Below are positions 41,095-51,515 of a stretch of 64,000 bases of DNA, in pieces. The translations under genes and the position numbers were made by a program. Position 1 is the first letter of the stretch. Every line of letters starts with the position of its first letter. Below the pieces are notes generated by a model, which worked only from the letters and a program-made list of their open reading frames with translations, searched no databases and had not been told where the DNA came from. The DNA comes from an uncultured Verrucomicrobiae bacterium. GTDB taxonomy: Bacteria; Verrucomicrobiota; Verrucomicrobiia; Chthoniobacterales; Chthoniobacteraceae. The stretch spans positions 704,001-768,000 of the forward strand of contig CAWIKF010000001.1 in NCBI GenBank assembly GCA_963836755.1, written 5' to 3'.

Positions 41095-41449
41095 AATCGT
41101 GTTGCCAGCCTTGCAGCGAGCCGGCTCCGCGGGCAACTGTGGCCGCTTGCACAATGGATCGCGCGGATCTTCCGCGCCGGTTCTACGAAACCTACGGATT
41201 TCCGAGTTTGCGGTTGCTCGCTTTCTCGGCATGCGCCAGGATGACACGATGATCGAGGACGGGCAAAGGCGTCCGCCAACCTAGCATTTGATGGTGACAA
41301 CTCCCGCCGCGACAGCTCGCGGCTCTGCCTTTCGCGGAGAGCGGAATGCGGTTTGCTGCCGCGCCTAGACATGAACGCGAAGTCTTTGCGCGCACCTTCC
41401 CACCCGAGGCTTTGCCTCATCAATGCTTCCTTTCATGATGCCGGGGCGA

Positions 41450-42535
41450 TTATTCCAGACCGAGCGAATCGAGGGTCGGCTCGTCGATGACGGCGGTGCG
41501 GTAGAGGCCGTTGTCGTTTTGGTAGCCGACGAGAGCTTCGCGGGTGAGCGGGCCGAGTAAGCCGTCCACTTCACCTTTGTAGTAACCTTGGTCTTGCAGG
41601 AGTGCTTGCACGTTTGCAATCACGCGATCGAGTGGCTCGGCGCGGTGGCCGACATAGATCGGTGCATCGTAAGGGTAGTATTCATGGGAAGTGTTGTAGC
41701 CCCAGGCCGGATACCAATAGCCGTTGTTCCAATAATAGTAGCCGCCACTGATAAGCTCCACGCGTTTGTAGTGGGAGTGGTAGTAGCCTGCATCGTGTCT
41801 CTCAGGATGATAGGAGCGATAGACTTGGTATCTCTCGCCTTGCCATTGATCGCTATTCTCAATGCGGCGATTCTCGGTGAAGGTGACGGGCGGAACCTTT
41901 TCCGGTTTTGGCTGTGCCTTAAAGCTGGCGTGTTCGGTTTTGACCTTCTGAATGGTCTGCACGTCTGGCTTCTTGGCATTGGCATGGACTTTGGGAGACT
42001 GTTCCTTAGTCGCTGCGGCTGGGGATGAAGCAGTCTCACTGGAAGCAGTAGGGCTGGCGGTCTTCTTTGCGGTCGTAGCTTCGGCGCCTGTCTTCTGATT
42101 CTTCTTGTGCTTGCCGCCTTGTTTTTGTTCGGCGGAGACTGCCGATGGAGTGGGATTCGCCACGGTTGATTCGTCGGTTTTTGACGAGGTGTGGGATGTG
42201 CCTTCAGTGGTCGCTGGGGTCTTTCCTTCGCCGTGCTTCTTGCCCGTGGGCACGGGTTTCGCCGCATGTTTCGCTTCCTTGGCGGTTTGAGCTTCGTTTT
42301 CGCTCTGGGCCTGCTGAGCGGGTTTTTCCACGGCTGCGCGTTCCTTTGACGCGTGGGCTTCGGCGGCGCCCTTCCCCTCGGTGAGAGGCTTGGCCTGGAC
42401 GGCATGTTCCTGTGCCGAATGGTCTTTACCTTGGTGTTTCTTTGTCGCTGCGGGCGACTCTTCGGGCTGCTGGGCCTGCAAGTGGGCGGTCAGCGCGAGC
42501 GAAGAGGCAATCAAGAGGGTGAGAAGTTTTTTCAT
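41450..42535 (-). CDS. Secreted low-complexity protein with C-terminal peptidoglycan-binding domain
   Basis: Signal peptide, K/A/T/S-rich region, Tyr/Trp-rich segment and VQALLQDQGYYKGEVDGLLGPLTREAL..YQ (PG_binding_1). Confidence 0.85.
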   Translation of the reverse strand: MKKLLTLLIASSLALTAHLQAQQPEESPAATKKHQGKDHSAQEHAVQAKPLTEGKGAAEAHASKERAAVEKPAQQAQSENEAQTAKEAKHAAKPVPTGKKHGEGKTPATTEGTSHTSSKTDESTVANPTPSAVSAEQKQGGKHKKNQKTGAEATTAKKTASPTASSETASSPAAATKEQSPKVHANAKKPDVQTIQKVKTEHASFKAQPKPEKVPPVTFTENRRIENSDQWQGERYQVYRSYHPERHDAGYYHSHYKRVELISGGYYYWNNGYWYPAWGYNTSHEYYPYDAPIYVGHRAEPLDRVIANVQALLQDQGYYKGEVDGLLGPLTREALVGYQNDNGLYRTAVIDEPTLDSLGLE

Positions 42536-43019
42536 CTTATTCCTTTCAGTCAGTAGGTTTGTATCTGAGGTTCTACTGCGCCATAGGAGCAAAGTTGCTC
42601 GTTCTGTAGCTGTGAGTGGCGAAAGGGATTCGATGCTTCTACGCTTTTTGGTCCTCTCTATGTCGAGATGATTCGTGATGAGGGCAAAATCCCTTGCGAA
42701 TCCGCTGATAAAACGTCGCTGTATGGCTCGACCGCAACCGAAACGGGACGTATTTCGCCGCAGTGAAAGTCCGCGGCGAGTAGATAAAGCGGTTCGCTCA
42801 AGACGGACGATTCCATGCTTGCCAAAGTGTCGGCTGTCGGAATTGCGCACGGAAGCGGAAAGCTCGCGGAGAGATTGTATGGCGCGCGTTCGTGATTCGT
42901 GGTCTCCGCCTTTTTTACCTCAATCAAATCTGCGGCATCGACAAAACCCGCGGCAGCTTGTCAACTTTGTGACCCGGCGGCGTATTACATGATCACGCCA
43001 AGCTTCCCAATAAACTAAC

Positions 43020-44309
43020 ATGTCCCAAACCACCACAATGCCCCGCCTTTTCCAAGCCCTCGCGGCGATCGCCTGCTTCTCCTGCGTCACTCTTCCAGCG
43101 TTCGGCGAGACGAGAACGTTGGTATTGACCTCGCCAAAAGATGACGATCATTTTGAGGTGACGAAGCCGCTGTTTTTCTGGGACTCCTTACCGGCGGCGC
43201 AAAAATACGAGGTTTACGTCGATGATGCGAAGCTGGGCGAGGTGCAGGCTGCTTCGATTCCGGTCTTGCACTTCGCGGCGCCTCAGCCTCTTCCGGTCGG
43301 GACGCATCATTGGGTTGTCAAAGCTATTCCCGCCCAAGGCGATGCCGTTTCTTCGAGCCCATCTGCGTTCACCATTGATCCTCCGGGCAATTGGCCGGCG
43401 TGGGCGATTGGGCCGTTCGAACGGTATGGGGGAAATCCGATTCTCCGACCGCAAGGCAGCGGCTGGGAACAAGTTAATACCTACAATCCCGGTGTCCTAT
43501 TTAGAAACGGGAAGTTTCTCATGCTCTATCGTGCGCAAGGTCAAAAGGTAGGCGCGACGAAGGTAAATCCGGACCGCATCTCACGCGAGGGCTATGCTGA
43601 AAGCGTCGATGGAGTGACCTTCGTCCGGAAACCCGAGCCGGTGATCGATGCCACCGAATCGTTTGAAAAGCTCTACGGCTGCGAGGATGCGCGTTTGTTC
43701 GAGAAGGATGGCGTTTATTACGCCTTCTACACCGGCAATGGAAAGGGCGGCATCGCAATTTGTGAGGCGACCTCTGCGGACGCAATCACGTGGAAAAAAT
43801 TGGGACCAGTCGTCCAAGGGACGAAAAACGGGGCCATGGTCATTGATCCCAATGGCACGCCGGTTCAAATCAACGGAAAGTATGCGATGTTCGTCGGGAA
43901 CTCCGGCTTCGGAGTCTGCTACTCCGACGACCTTCTTACGTGGAGCCCAGTTACAAAAATCGACATGATGCTTCCGCCAAATTGGGTCAAGCCGTATGAG
44001 CCTTGCATCGCCGTCGCGAACTACTCAAGCGCAAAGCCCGATGACATCGTTCTATTTATCGCGGGCACGTTGAACGGGAAAGGCAAGTGGTTCTACGCCA
44101 TTTCCGAAACCTTGTTCTCCAAGCAGGATCTCACCAAAAAAGTCGATCAACTGGACGACTGCATTATGAAAGCGAGGGAACCCTATGAGAGCGGCACGTT
44201 CCACAATTGTCTCTGGATGAACTGCATCATTCAGCACGAGGGAGAGTGGATGATGTATTACGGCGCGGGTGATCGGAATGTCGGGCTGGCTACCGCTCCT
44301 GTGAAGTAG
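43020..44309 (+). CDS. Secreted GH130-like beta-propeller glycosidase with N-terminal Ig-like domain
   Basis: GNPILRP, YNPGV, MLYRAQ, GCEDARL, KNG and MYYGAGD. Confidence 0.8.
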   Translation: MSQTTTMPRLFQALAAIACFSCVTLPAFGETRTLVLTSPKDDDHFEVTKPLFFWDSLPAAQKYEVYVDDAKLGEVQAASIPVLHFAAPQPLPVGTHHWVVKAIPAQGDAVSSSPSAFTIDPPGNWPAWAIGPFERYGGNPILRPQGSGWEQVNTYNPGVLFRNGKFLMLYRAQGQKVGATKVNPDRISREGYAESVDGVTFVRKPEPVIDATESFEKLYGCEDARLFEKDGVYYAFYTGNGKGGIAICEATSADAITWKKLGPVVQGTKNGAMVIDPNGTPVQINGKYAMFVGNSGFGVCYSDDLLTWSPVTKIDMMLPPNWVKPYEPCIAVANYSSAKPDDIVLFIAGTLNGKGKWFYAISETLFSKQDLTKKVDQLDDCIMKAREPYESGTFHNCLWMNCIIQHEGEWMMYYGAGDRNVGLATAPVK

Positions 44310-44368
44310 TTGCCCGAGATATGGGCGCGTAGCGGCAACTCGCTCAGGACCTTGACGCTAGGCGAAGG

Positions 44369-45268
44369 TTACTGGCTGCCGACGCCGGCGACGCGCATGC
44401 GCAATGCGAATAGATTCTTGCTGGCCGTCATGAAAAGCGTGTGCCGGTCTTTACCGCCGAAGCAGATGTTGCCGACCCAGCCGCGCTCGGGCATCTCGAT
44501 TTTCTCGATCTGTTTTCCGTCGGAGTTAAAGACGGTGACTTGGTCGCCGGTGAGATAGACATTGCCCTCATTGTCGATGGTCATTCCATCGGAGCCCATC
44601 TCGCAGAAAAGCGTTTTGTCCTGCAGCGAACCATCGGGCTGAATGTGGTAGCGATAGGTTTTTTTCGCGCCAATGTCGGCAACGTAGAGAATTTTCCCGT
44701 CGGGCGTTCCGATGATGCCGTTGGGGCTTTTGAGATCCGTGGCGACGGGCACGAGCCGTTGGCGATCGGCGGAGAGGAAGTAAACGTGCTGTCCTGTCTG
44801 CTCCATCGGGCCTCGATGCCAGTAGTTGCGCTTGTAAAATGGATCGGTGAAATAAAGGCCGTCGTCGGGGCGCACCCAGATATCGTTCGGGCCGTTGAGC
44901 AGTTTGCCCTGATAATCCTTCACGACGACCTCGACTTTGCCGGCCTTGTCGATTTTCCAGAGCTGGTTTTTTTCATCGGCGCACGCCCAAAGATTTTCAT
45001 GCAAGTCAAAGCAGAGGCCGTTCGACCGGCCGCACGGCTGCATGAAAGTCGTGAGCTTGCCGTCCGTGCTCCATTTCATGATCCGATCGTTCGGCTGGTC
45101 AGTGAAATAGACATCGCCCGCGCGAGTGCTCGCCGGGCCTTCGGTGAAAAGAAAACCGCCGGCCAGCTTTTCGATTTGCGCGCCCGGCGCGATGATTTGG
45201 GATTGCACGGTGTGGAGTGAAACGCAGAAAGCGAAAACTTTAAACAACTGAAGGGCGCCGTTTTTCAT
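44369..45268 (-). CDS. SMP-30/gluconolactonase family protein
   Basis: FTEGP, SNGL, LNGPND, YFTDP, PNGI and DGMTID. Confidence 0.92.
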   Translation of the reverse strand: MKNGALQLFKVFAFCVSLHTVQSQIIAPGAQIEKLAGGFLFTEGPASTRAGDVYFTDQPNDRIMKWSTDGKLTTFMQPCGRSNGLCFDLHENLWACADEKNQLWKIDKAGKVEVVVKDYQGKLLNGPNDIWVRPDDGLYFTDPFYKRNYWHRGPMEQTGQHVYFLSADRQRLVPVATDLKSPNGIIGTPDGKILYVADIGAKKTYRYHIQPDGSLQDKTLFCEMGSDGMTIDNEGNVYLTGDQVTVFNSDGKQIEKIEMPERGWVGNICFGGKDRHTLFMTASKNLFALRMRVAGVGSQ

Positions 45269-46983
45269 GACGCTCGCCCGCTTTCGCGAAGCAGCGACGC
45301 GACGGCTTGCAATTTTTTCTTGAGCGCAGGCTCGGTGCGCCACTGCGCGATCGTGTGCGGGAGGCGCTGGCTCCAGTTGGCATCGGCGATGGCGCCGGGC
45401 GTGTTGAAGCGCTGGTCGCTGCCGAAAATATCGGTAATCATCGCCACAGCAATCCATGAACGGCTGTTAAACAAAGCGCGCAGCAACTTTTCATGCAGTT
45501 CGTCGCTCCACGGCTGCGGTTCGCGCAGGTCGATGTGCGCGAACGCGGCAAATTTCCGCAGCTCCTCCCAGGCGCCGTGGCTCTCGCCCGTGCGCGCCTT
45601 TGCGACTTTGAACAGCCGCTCCCAGCGCGCCTTCAGCGGCTCGTGATCGTGCGTCGCGTAGGTCGCGAGCGAGAGCGGCTGATACTCCGCGCCGTCGATG
45701 AGCCAGCCGTCGTTTCGTTTTTCCCACATCGGAATTTTGAAGCCGGGAATGCCGAGCGACGTGAGATTCGGCCGCACATACGGCGGCACCGTGCCGAGGT
45801 CTTCGCCGACCAGCCGATGCTCCCCTGTTTCCTCGAGCAACACCTTCAGCAGCTCGTCGCCGTGTGCGCGATTTTGCTCGCAATGCGCGGGCGTGTCGTC
45901 CGGCCGCTCGATGAAACGCGGCAGCTCGCCGCCGGTCTTCGCGCGCGCCTGCTCGTGCGTGAGCGGGAGGAATGCGTCGTTCTCCGGCGGCCGCCACGGG
46001 AAGCAGTAGATGCGGTAAAAACCGAGCACGTGATCGATGCGGAAAATGTCAAAAATCTCGCGCACGGTGCGAACGCGATTGCGCCACCAGGCAAAGTTGC
46101 TATCGCGCATCACGTCCCAGCGGTAGAGCGGCACGCCCCAATTTTGACCCCACTTTTGCGTGAAGGCATCGTCCTTAAAATACGGCTCGGGCGGCGCGCC
46201 ACCGCTCCATTTCAAATCGAAAAGCTCCGGCTGACCGAAGACATCGGCGCTGTAATAACTCACGCCGAACGGCACGTCGCCCATCAGCGCGATTCCTCGC
46301 GAAGCCGCATAGGCACTGGCTTCGTGCCATTGTCCGAATGCGATCCACTGGACGTATTTGTAAAAGCGCATCCGCTTTTCAAACTCCTTCCGACGCTTCA
46401 CGGGCAGCGCGGCGATCCACTCCGCGGCGGCCGCGGCGGACTTCTGGTGCGCCGGCCAAAGGTCCCAGCGTTCGTTGACGCCGTTCTCTTCCATCAGCAC
46501 GCGGAAGAGCGCATAGCCCTCGAGCCAGCACGCCTGCCCGTGGACGAATGCGCGGAATTTGCGCGCGCGCGTCGTGTTCTTGCCGAGCTCGTTTTTGGAA
46601 AAATTTTCAAACGCGCGCGCGAGCAGTGCAAGTTTCAGGCGTTTAACATCGGGATAAACAACCGGTCCTGTGCGCAACTTTTTCAAATCCACTTTTTTCA
46701 GCTGCGCCGCGAATTCATCGGCGGGCAAATCCGCGAGCGAGTCGGATGAAATGAAAATCGTCGCCGGCTCCAGCGCGACGGAGCTCACCGCCATGTAAGG
46801 ACTGTTGTCGCCGCCCGTTTCATTGATCGGCAAAAGCTGCACGAGCCGGATGCCCGCGTCCGCTGCCGCGTCGATTAATTCGCGCAGGCTGCCGACATCG
46901 CCGATGCCGAGATCGTTTTCAGTCCGAAGCGCGAAGAGCGGCGTGAGAAGGCCGGCGATCGGTTGGGCGGGGGATAGTTCCAT
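45265..46983 (-). CDS. malQ: 4-alpha-glucanotransferase (amylomaltase, GH77)
   Basis: GIGD, QLLPIN, SPY, GQNWG.PLYRW, RIDHVLGFYR, GEDLG, ATHD and RFNTPG. Confidence 0.95.
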   Translation of the reverse strand: MELSPAQPIAGLLTPLFALRTENDLGIGDVGSLRELIDAAADAGIRLVQLLPINETGGDNSPYMAVSSVALEPATIFISSDSLADLPADEFAAQLKKVDLKKLRTGPVVYPDVKRLKLALLARAFENFSKNELGKNTTRARKFRAFVHGQACWLEGYALFRVLMEENGVNERWDLWPAHQKSAAAAAEWIAALPVKRRKEFEKRMRFYKYVQWIAFGQWHEASAYAASRGIALMGDVPFGVSYYSADVFGQPELFDLKWSGGAPPEPYFKDDAFTQKWGQNWGVPLYRWDVMRDSNFAWWRNRVRTVREIFDIFRIDHVLGFYRIYCFPWRPPENDAFLPLTHEQARAKTGGELPRFIERPDDTPAHCEQNRAHGDELLKVLLEETGEHRLVGEDLGTVPPYVRPNLTSLGIPGFKIPMWEKRNDGWLIDGAEYQPLSLATYATHDHEPLKARWERLFKVAKARTGESHGAWEELRKFAAFAHIDLREPQPWSDELHEKLLRALFNSRSWIAVAMITDIFGSDQRFNTPGAIADANWSQRLPHTIAQWRTEPALKKKLQAVASLLRESGRAS

Positions 46984-47073
46984 TGCGCGGACAATACGAA
47001 ATCGCGCGGAAAAGCGAAGCGGACTTCCGCAAACTTTCATCCGCGGCAACCCGGCGCGCCTTTGCTGATGCCG

Positions 47074-47700
47074 TCAAAGTTTGATCAAGCCATGCCGAAT
47101 CGCGTAGCGCGTGAGGTCGGCCGTCGTGCGCAGGCCGAGCTTGCACTTGAGATTGCCGCGATGATTTTCCACCGTTTTCACCGAGACGCTGAGGCGCGTC
47201 GCGATCTCTTTGTTGCTGCGGCCTTCGGCGATTAATTGCAGCACCTCTCGCTCGCGATGCGAGAGATCGCGCTGCTCGTCCGGCGTGCTCGCATCGAAAA
47301 GAAACTTTGACGCGAACGGCGTGAAGAAGCTGCAGCCGTGCAGCATCGCGCCGACTGCCTCGCGAAAAGTTTCCAGCGAATCCGACTTTGAAACGAACGC
47401 CGCCGGCTTTGATTTCAGCGCGCGCAGCACCAGCGCCGCATCGCACGGTCCCGCAAAAATCAGCGCGCGCGTCGGCCCGCCATTTTCGCGCAGCCGCCGC
47501 AAAACTTCGGTGCCGCACAGCTCCGGCAGCATCAGGTCGAGAATCAAAATTTCCGGCTGCTCGCGTTCGCAAAATTCCAGCGCCGCGAGTCCTGACTCGA
47601 GCTGCGCCACCACCGTCACGTCGAAATCTTTGCGCAACATCGATGCGATCAAATTCCGGAACGAACGTTGTGCATCTGCAATGGCCACTCGTTTTTTCAT
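47074..47700 (-). CDS. NarL/LuxR-family response regulator
   Basis: REC domain (ILILDLMLP) plus HTH LSHREREVLQLIAEGRSNKEIA...KTVENHR. Confidence 0.93.
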   Translation of the reverse strand: MKKRVAIADAQRSFRNLIASMLRKDFDVTVVAQLESGLAALEFCEREQPEILILDLMLPELCGTEVLRRLRENGGPTRALIFAGPCDAALVLRALKSKPAAFVSKSDSLETFREAVGAMLHGCSFFTPFASKFLFDASTPDEQRDLSHREREVLQLIAEGRSNKEIATRLSVSVKTVENHRGNLKCKLGLRTTADLTRYAIRHGLIKL

Positions 47701-47885
47701 CCGCCGCCTTTTGTTGGATTTAGGGAAACGCAGCCTCCGCTACCGAAACTAACGCGTCGGCCACCGTCGCCTTCGTGTAAAACAAACTGCTGCACGATGG
47801 AAGATTAATTTAGGTATTTTTTCCCGACGCAACCGAGGGGAACTACCCATTCCGCCGCGCGCTGCTCGGCTCTACAACCATTCGC

Positions 47886-48734
47886 ATGCCTCCCGGACGT
47901 GCCCGCGGTAAAAACCTTCGTGTAACAAACGTCAACTCCCACGGCCTCGGCTGGGCGCCCGATCTCCCGGACCACCGCGATCATGTTTACGGCGCGCCCC
48001 TCGCAAAACTCACCGCCGCCAAACCGCTCCCGGCCCGAGCCGACCTCACCGCGCAATGCCCTCCCGTTTACGACCAGGGCCAGATCGGCAGTTGCACCGC
48101 CAACGCCATCGCCGCCGCGCTGGAGTTTGATTTGAAAAAGCAAAAGCTCGCCGACTTCGTCCCGTCGCGCCTCTTCATCTATTATAATGAGCGCGCGATC
48201 GAGCACACCACAGGCACCGACTCCGGCGCACAGATTCGCGACGGTATCAAAAGCGTCGGCAAACAAGGCGCATGTCACGAAACCGAGTGGACCTACGACG
48301 ACACCTCCGCCGACCCTAACACCGGCGTCTGGCCCGCGGGCGCCAAGCCCGCCGAAAAGCCGCCACGGAAATGCTACACCGACGCGCGCAAATTCAAGGC
48401 CCTCGCCTACGCCCGCGTCAACCGCGACCTCGCGCAGATGAAAGGCTGCCTCGCGAGTGGCTACCCCTTCGTCTTCGGCTTCACCGTTTACGATAGCTTC
48501 GAAAGCGCCGCCGTAGCCAAGTCCGGCCAGCTCGACATGCCGGCGTCCGGCGAACAAGTCGTCGGCGGCCACGCCGTCCTTTGCGTCGGCTACGACGACT
48601 CCGCGCAGCGCTTCACCGTCCGCAACAGTTGGGGACCGAAATGGGGACTCAAAGGCTACTTCACCATCCCCTACGCCTACCTCCTCGACACCAACCTCAG
48701 CGACGATATGTGGACCGTCCGCACCGTCGCCTAG
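47886..48734 (+). CDS. Papain-family (C1) cysteine peptidase
   Basis: DQGQIGSCTANA (Cys), SRLFIYYNER, GGHAV (His) and RNSWG (Asn). No signal peptide. Confidence 0.93.
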   Translation: MPPGRARGKNLRVTNVNSHGLGWAPDLPDHRDHVYGAPLAKLTAAKPLPARADLTAQCPPVYDQGQIGSCTANAIAAALEFDLKKQKLADFVPSRLFIYYNERAIEHTTGTDSGAQIRDGIKSVGKQGACHETEWTYDDTSADPNTGVWPAGAKPAEKPPRKCYTDARKFKALAYARVNRDLAQMKGCLASGYPFVFGFTVYDSFESAAVAKSGQLDMPASGEQVVGGHAVLCVGYDDSAQRFTVRNSWGPKWGLKGYFTIPYAYLLDTNLSDDMWTVRTVA

Positions 48735-48755
48735 TTTTTCAAAAACGTTTCCCCC

Positions 48756-49790
48756 ATGCCCAAATACTGGCTCATCAGCGATCGCAACAACGGCCCCGGC
48801 GGTATCGGAACCGGCACAGGCCGCAACGTCCCCGGCCTCACCTACTTCGTCAGCGACGGCGGGCCGTTGAACAACATCGCCAACTGGAAAAAAGTTTCCC
48901 ACGACCAATTCCAGAAGCTCCTCTCCGCCGCCGCCGACTCCTTTCCCGCATTGCCGCAGGGCGAAAACGAAAACCAGAGCCACGTCACCATCCTCATCCA
49001 CGGCTTCAACGTCAGCTTCGACCATTCCACCAGCTTCTACGAGCAACTCTGCGGCAAACTCTTCGACGGCCCAGACAGCCTCGGCCTTTGCATCCTCTAC
49101 GACTGGCCCTCGCTCGGCAACGTCGTCGGCTACGAACCCGACCGCGCCATGGCCCGCGCCTGCGCCGGCGACCTCACCGACATCCTCAGCGAGCTCTTTG
49201 ACTGGCTCATTAAAAAACAGCAAACCGCCATCAACAGCGACGGCGACCCCCAGAAAGCCTGCAAGGCCAAAGTCTCCGTCATCGCCCACAGCATGGGCAA
49301 TTACGTCCTGCAAAAAGCCATGGCCGCCGCCTGGACACGCAAAAACCAGCCGCTCCTCGTCAGCCTCATCAACCAGCTCCTCATGGTCGCCGCCGATGTC
49401 GACAACGACCTCTTCGACACCGGCGCGCCCGACAACGACGACGGCGGCGCCATCGACAACCTCACCTACCGCATCACCGCCCTCTTCAGCGGACGCGACG
49501 CCGTCCTCGGCTCCTCCGCCGGCTTGAAACATTTCGGCACCCGTCGGCTCGGGCGCAGCGGCCTCGCGCACGAGCCGCCCCTCGTCACGCAACTGCCCGC
49601 CACCGACAACGTCTGGGACATCGACTGCTCCAGCTTCTTCCCGCCGAGCGTCAATGGCCTGAACATCCACGGCGCATATTTCGTCACCGACAGCGTCATC
49701 GCCCTCATGCGGCAGATCTTGAAAGGCCTCGACCGCGGCGTGCTCGAGACCACCGGCGTCACGACCGGCCACGCATGGCCCGTTTCCTAA
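48756..49790 (+). CDS. Alpha/beta hydrolase, DUF900-like
   Basis: IHGFN, DWPS, nucleophile elbow AHSMG, AADVD, RLG and HGAYF. Confidence 0.85.
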   Translation: MPKYWLISDRNNGPGGIGTGTGRNVPGLTYFVSDGGPLNNIANWKKVSHDQFQKLLSAAADSFPALPQGENENQSHVTILIHGFNVSFDHSTSFYEQLCGKLFDGPDSLGLCILYDWPSLGNVVGYEPDRAMARACAGDLTDILSELFDWLIKKQQTAINSDGDPQKACKAKVSVIAHSMGNYVLQKAMAAAWTRKNQPLLVSLINQLLMVAADVDNDLFDTGAPDNDDGGAIDNLTYRITALFSGRDAVLGSSAGLKHFGTRRLGRSGLAHEPPLVTQLPATDNVWDIDCSSFFPPSVNGLNIHGAYFVTDSVIALMRQILKGLDRGVLETTGVTTGHAWPVS

Positions 49791-49844
49791 AAATGAAAAG
49801 CCCCAGCCTTCGCGCCTGATCAAACTTTTCCGCCAAACCCCCCA

Positions 49845-50558
49845 GTGCCGCGCAGTTACTACCAAATGATCATCCCCATGAACGTCGACGTCGACGGCGC
49901 GCCAAACGCCTACGGCCCAGCCGGCCTCCCGACCCTCGACGACGAGCGGAACGCCCGCTATTGGGTCAACCGCCAGCCCACCGACCGCGTCGCAGGCTAC
50001 CGCACCCACGACGGCACATGCCGCACCCCCATTTTACAAGGCCCCGCCGACCCGTTCCCCGGCTACTACATCTCCACCAGCGGCTACGAAGACATCCGCA
50101 ACGCCAACGAAAACGACCCGCGCCGCTACGTCAACGCCGCCGAAATCAACTACACCGTCCTCGGCACCGCCGCCCAGCAAGCCGGCGTCCTCCCCGGCGA
50201 CTTCTGCACCGTCCACAGCCTCCGCACCCGCTTCGTCGCCTACGCCATCGTCGGCGACACCGGAAACTCCAGCGGCGCCGAAGGCTCCCTCGCACTCCTC
50301 CAGCGCCTCGGCTACACCGTCCGCGACGGCCGCTCCGGCTCCGTCGAGCAGGCCGAAATCGTCGTCCGCCACTTCCCCGGCTCCAATCCCGCCCACCTCT
50401 TCTTCCACACACAGGCCGATCTCGAAGACGCCGCACGCAGCCTCGATCTCGACATCGACTTCTCCGAGTTCCATCCCGGCGACCCCGGCAAACTCATCCT
50501 CCAGGCCGTCGCCGCCGGCGACCCCGCAGCAGGCCAGCCCGGCACGGCACAAATTTAA
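49845..50558 (+). CDS. GH75 (chitosanase)-like glycoside hydrolase
   Basis: MNVDVDGA, RYVNAAEINYTVL, GDFCTV and YAIVGDTG...EGSLAL. Confidence 0.65.
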   Translation: MPRSYYQMIIPMNVDVDGAPNAYGPAGLPTLDDERNARYWVNRQPTDRVAGYRTHDGTCRTPILQGPADPFPGYYISTSGYEDIRNANENDPRRYVNAAEINYTVLGTAAQQAGVLPGDFCTVHSLRTRFVAYAIVGDTGNSSGAEGSLALLQRLGYTVRDGRSGSVEQAEIVVRHFPGSNPAHLFFHTQADLEDAARSLDLDIDFSEFHPGDPGKLILQAVAAGDPAAGQPGTAQI

Positions 50559-50559
50559 C

Positions 50560-50853
50560 ATGAGCCACCTCCTCGTTCGGCAAAAAGTAGCCGACTTCCG
50601 CCACTGGAAACGCGCCTACGACGCCCATCGCCCCGCGCGCGAATCCGCCACCCTGCACGAAATCGCCCTCTTCCACGATCAGGAAGAGCCCGACAACATC
50701 CACGTCCTTTTCAAAGTGGGCGACTCGGAAAAAGTCCGCGCCTTCATCGCGTCGGAAGATCTGCGCGAAACCATGCGCACCGCCGGCGTCATCGACACCC
50801 CGAGCATCCACTTCCTCACCGCCGCCTCCGCCGCGAAGCTGCCCTCAAACTAG
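50560..50853 (+). CDS. Small dimeric alpha/beta-barrel ('cyclase'-annotated) protein
   Basis: LVRQKVADFRHWKRAYD...LRETMRTAGV..P.I.FL. Confidence 0.7.
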   Translation: MSHLLVRQKVADFRHWKRAYDAHRPARESATLHEIALFHDQEEPDNIHVLFKVGDSEKVRAFIASEDLRETMRTAGVIDTPSIHFLTAASAAKLPSN

Positions 50854-50867
50854 GAACGGATCGACCT

Positions 50868-51476
50868 ATGCGCTCCCCTTACACCGGCATCCTTCTATCA
50901 CTCTTTACATGCATTGGTTCGGGAAACACCAATGCGGGTCAAAGGCTGATCGCTGACCCTGTAAAGGACTTCATCGCGGATGGACACCATTTTCGGAAGG
51001 ACATCCCGCTACTACGCATCGACGTCGACATGAACAACGATGGCTACAAGGAAACCCTCCTCTCATGGGCCGATGAGACCGATGGCCAGCAAGGCAACAT
51101 ATGGTTCGTCTATAAAGGAACTAAAAAGGGATATGTGAATCTCAACAACATCATTGAGTTTCATGGCGACTGGTTTTCCATTCGCTACATTGGGCGCCTG
51201 GGCTGCAAAGGCCTGGTTGCTTATTCCAGAGGGGGAGGCCGTATCGGGACCTATATCGCCTACGTGATCAAAGGAGACCGCGTCATCGACGTCCAGCTGG
51301 AGGGTCTCGGCATGTATGATTCGGACAAAAAGCGTGAAGCTTTAAGCAGAAAGTATTTCGGAATCATTGAGGGAGATACGGCTCTCAAGACTCCTGCCCC
51401 CGTGAAGGAACTCTACCCGCCCGAACTGGCCGCCAAATATCACCTGCCGCTGATTTACCATCCACTCCCATGGTAA
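50868..51476 (+). CDS. Hypothetical exported protein, low-GC
   Basis: 202-aa ORF with a hydrophobic N-terminus, a DMNNDGYKE Ca-binding-like loop and A/T-rich codons unlike its flanks. Confidence 0.7.
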   Translation: MRSPYTGILLSLFTCIGSGNTNAGQRLIADPVKDFIADGHHFRKDIPLLRIDVDMNNDGYKETLLSWADETDGQQGNIWFVYKGTKKGYVNLNNIIEFHGDWFSIRYIGRLGCKGLVAYSRGGGRIGTYIAYVIKGDRVIDVQLEGLGMYDSDKKREALSRKYFGIIEGDTALKTPAPVKELYPPELAAKYHLPLIYHPLPW

Positions 51477-51515
51477 TGATTGCCCCAACCATCCGATGGG
51501 CTCTTCCTGCGCCGC

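Noticed and set aside
47805..50009. Long antisense ORFs (also 4678..6054, 32481..34160, 45493..46749, 55439..56479)
   Set aside because: These are shadow frames of GC-rich genes with strong codon bias; the recognisable motifs are all on the opposite strand.
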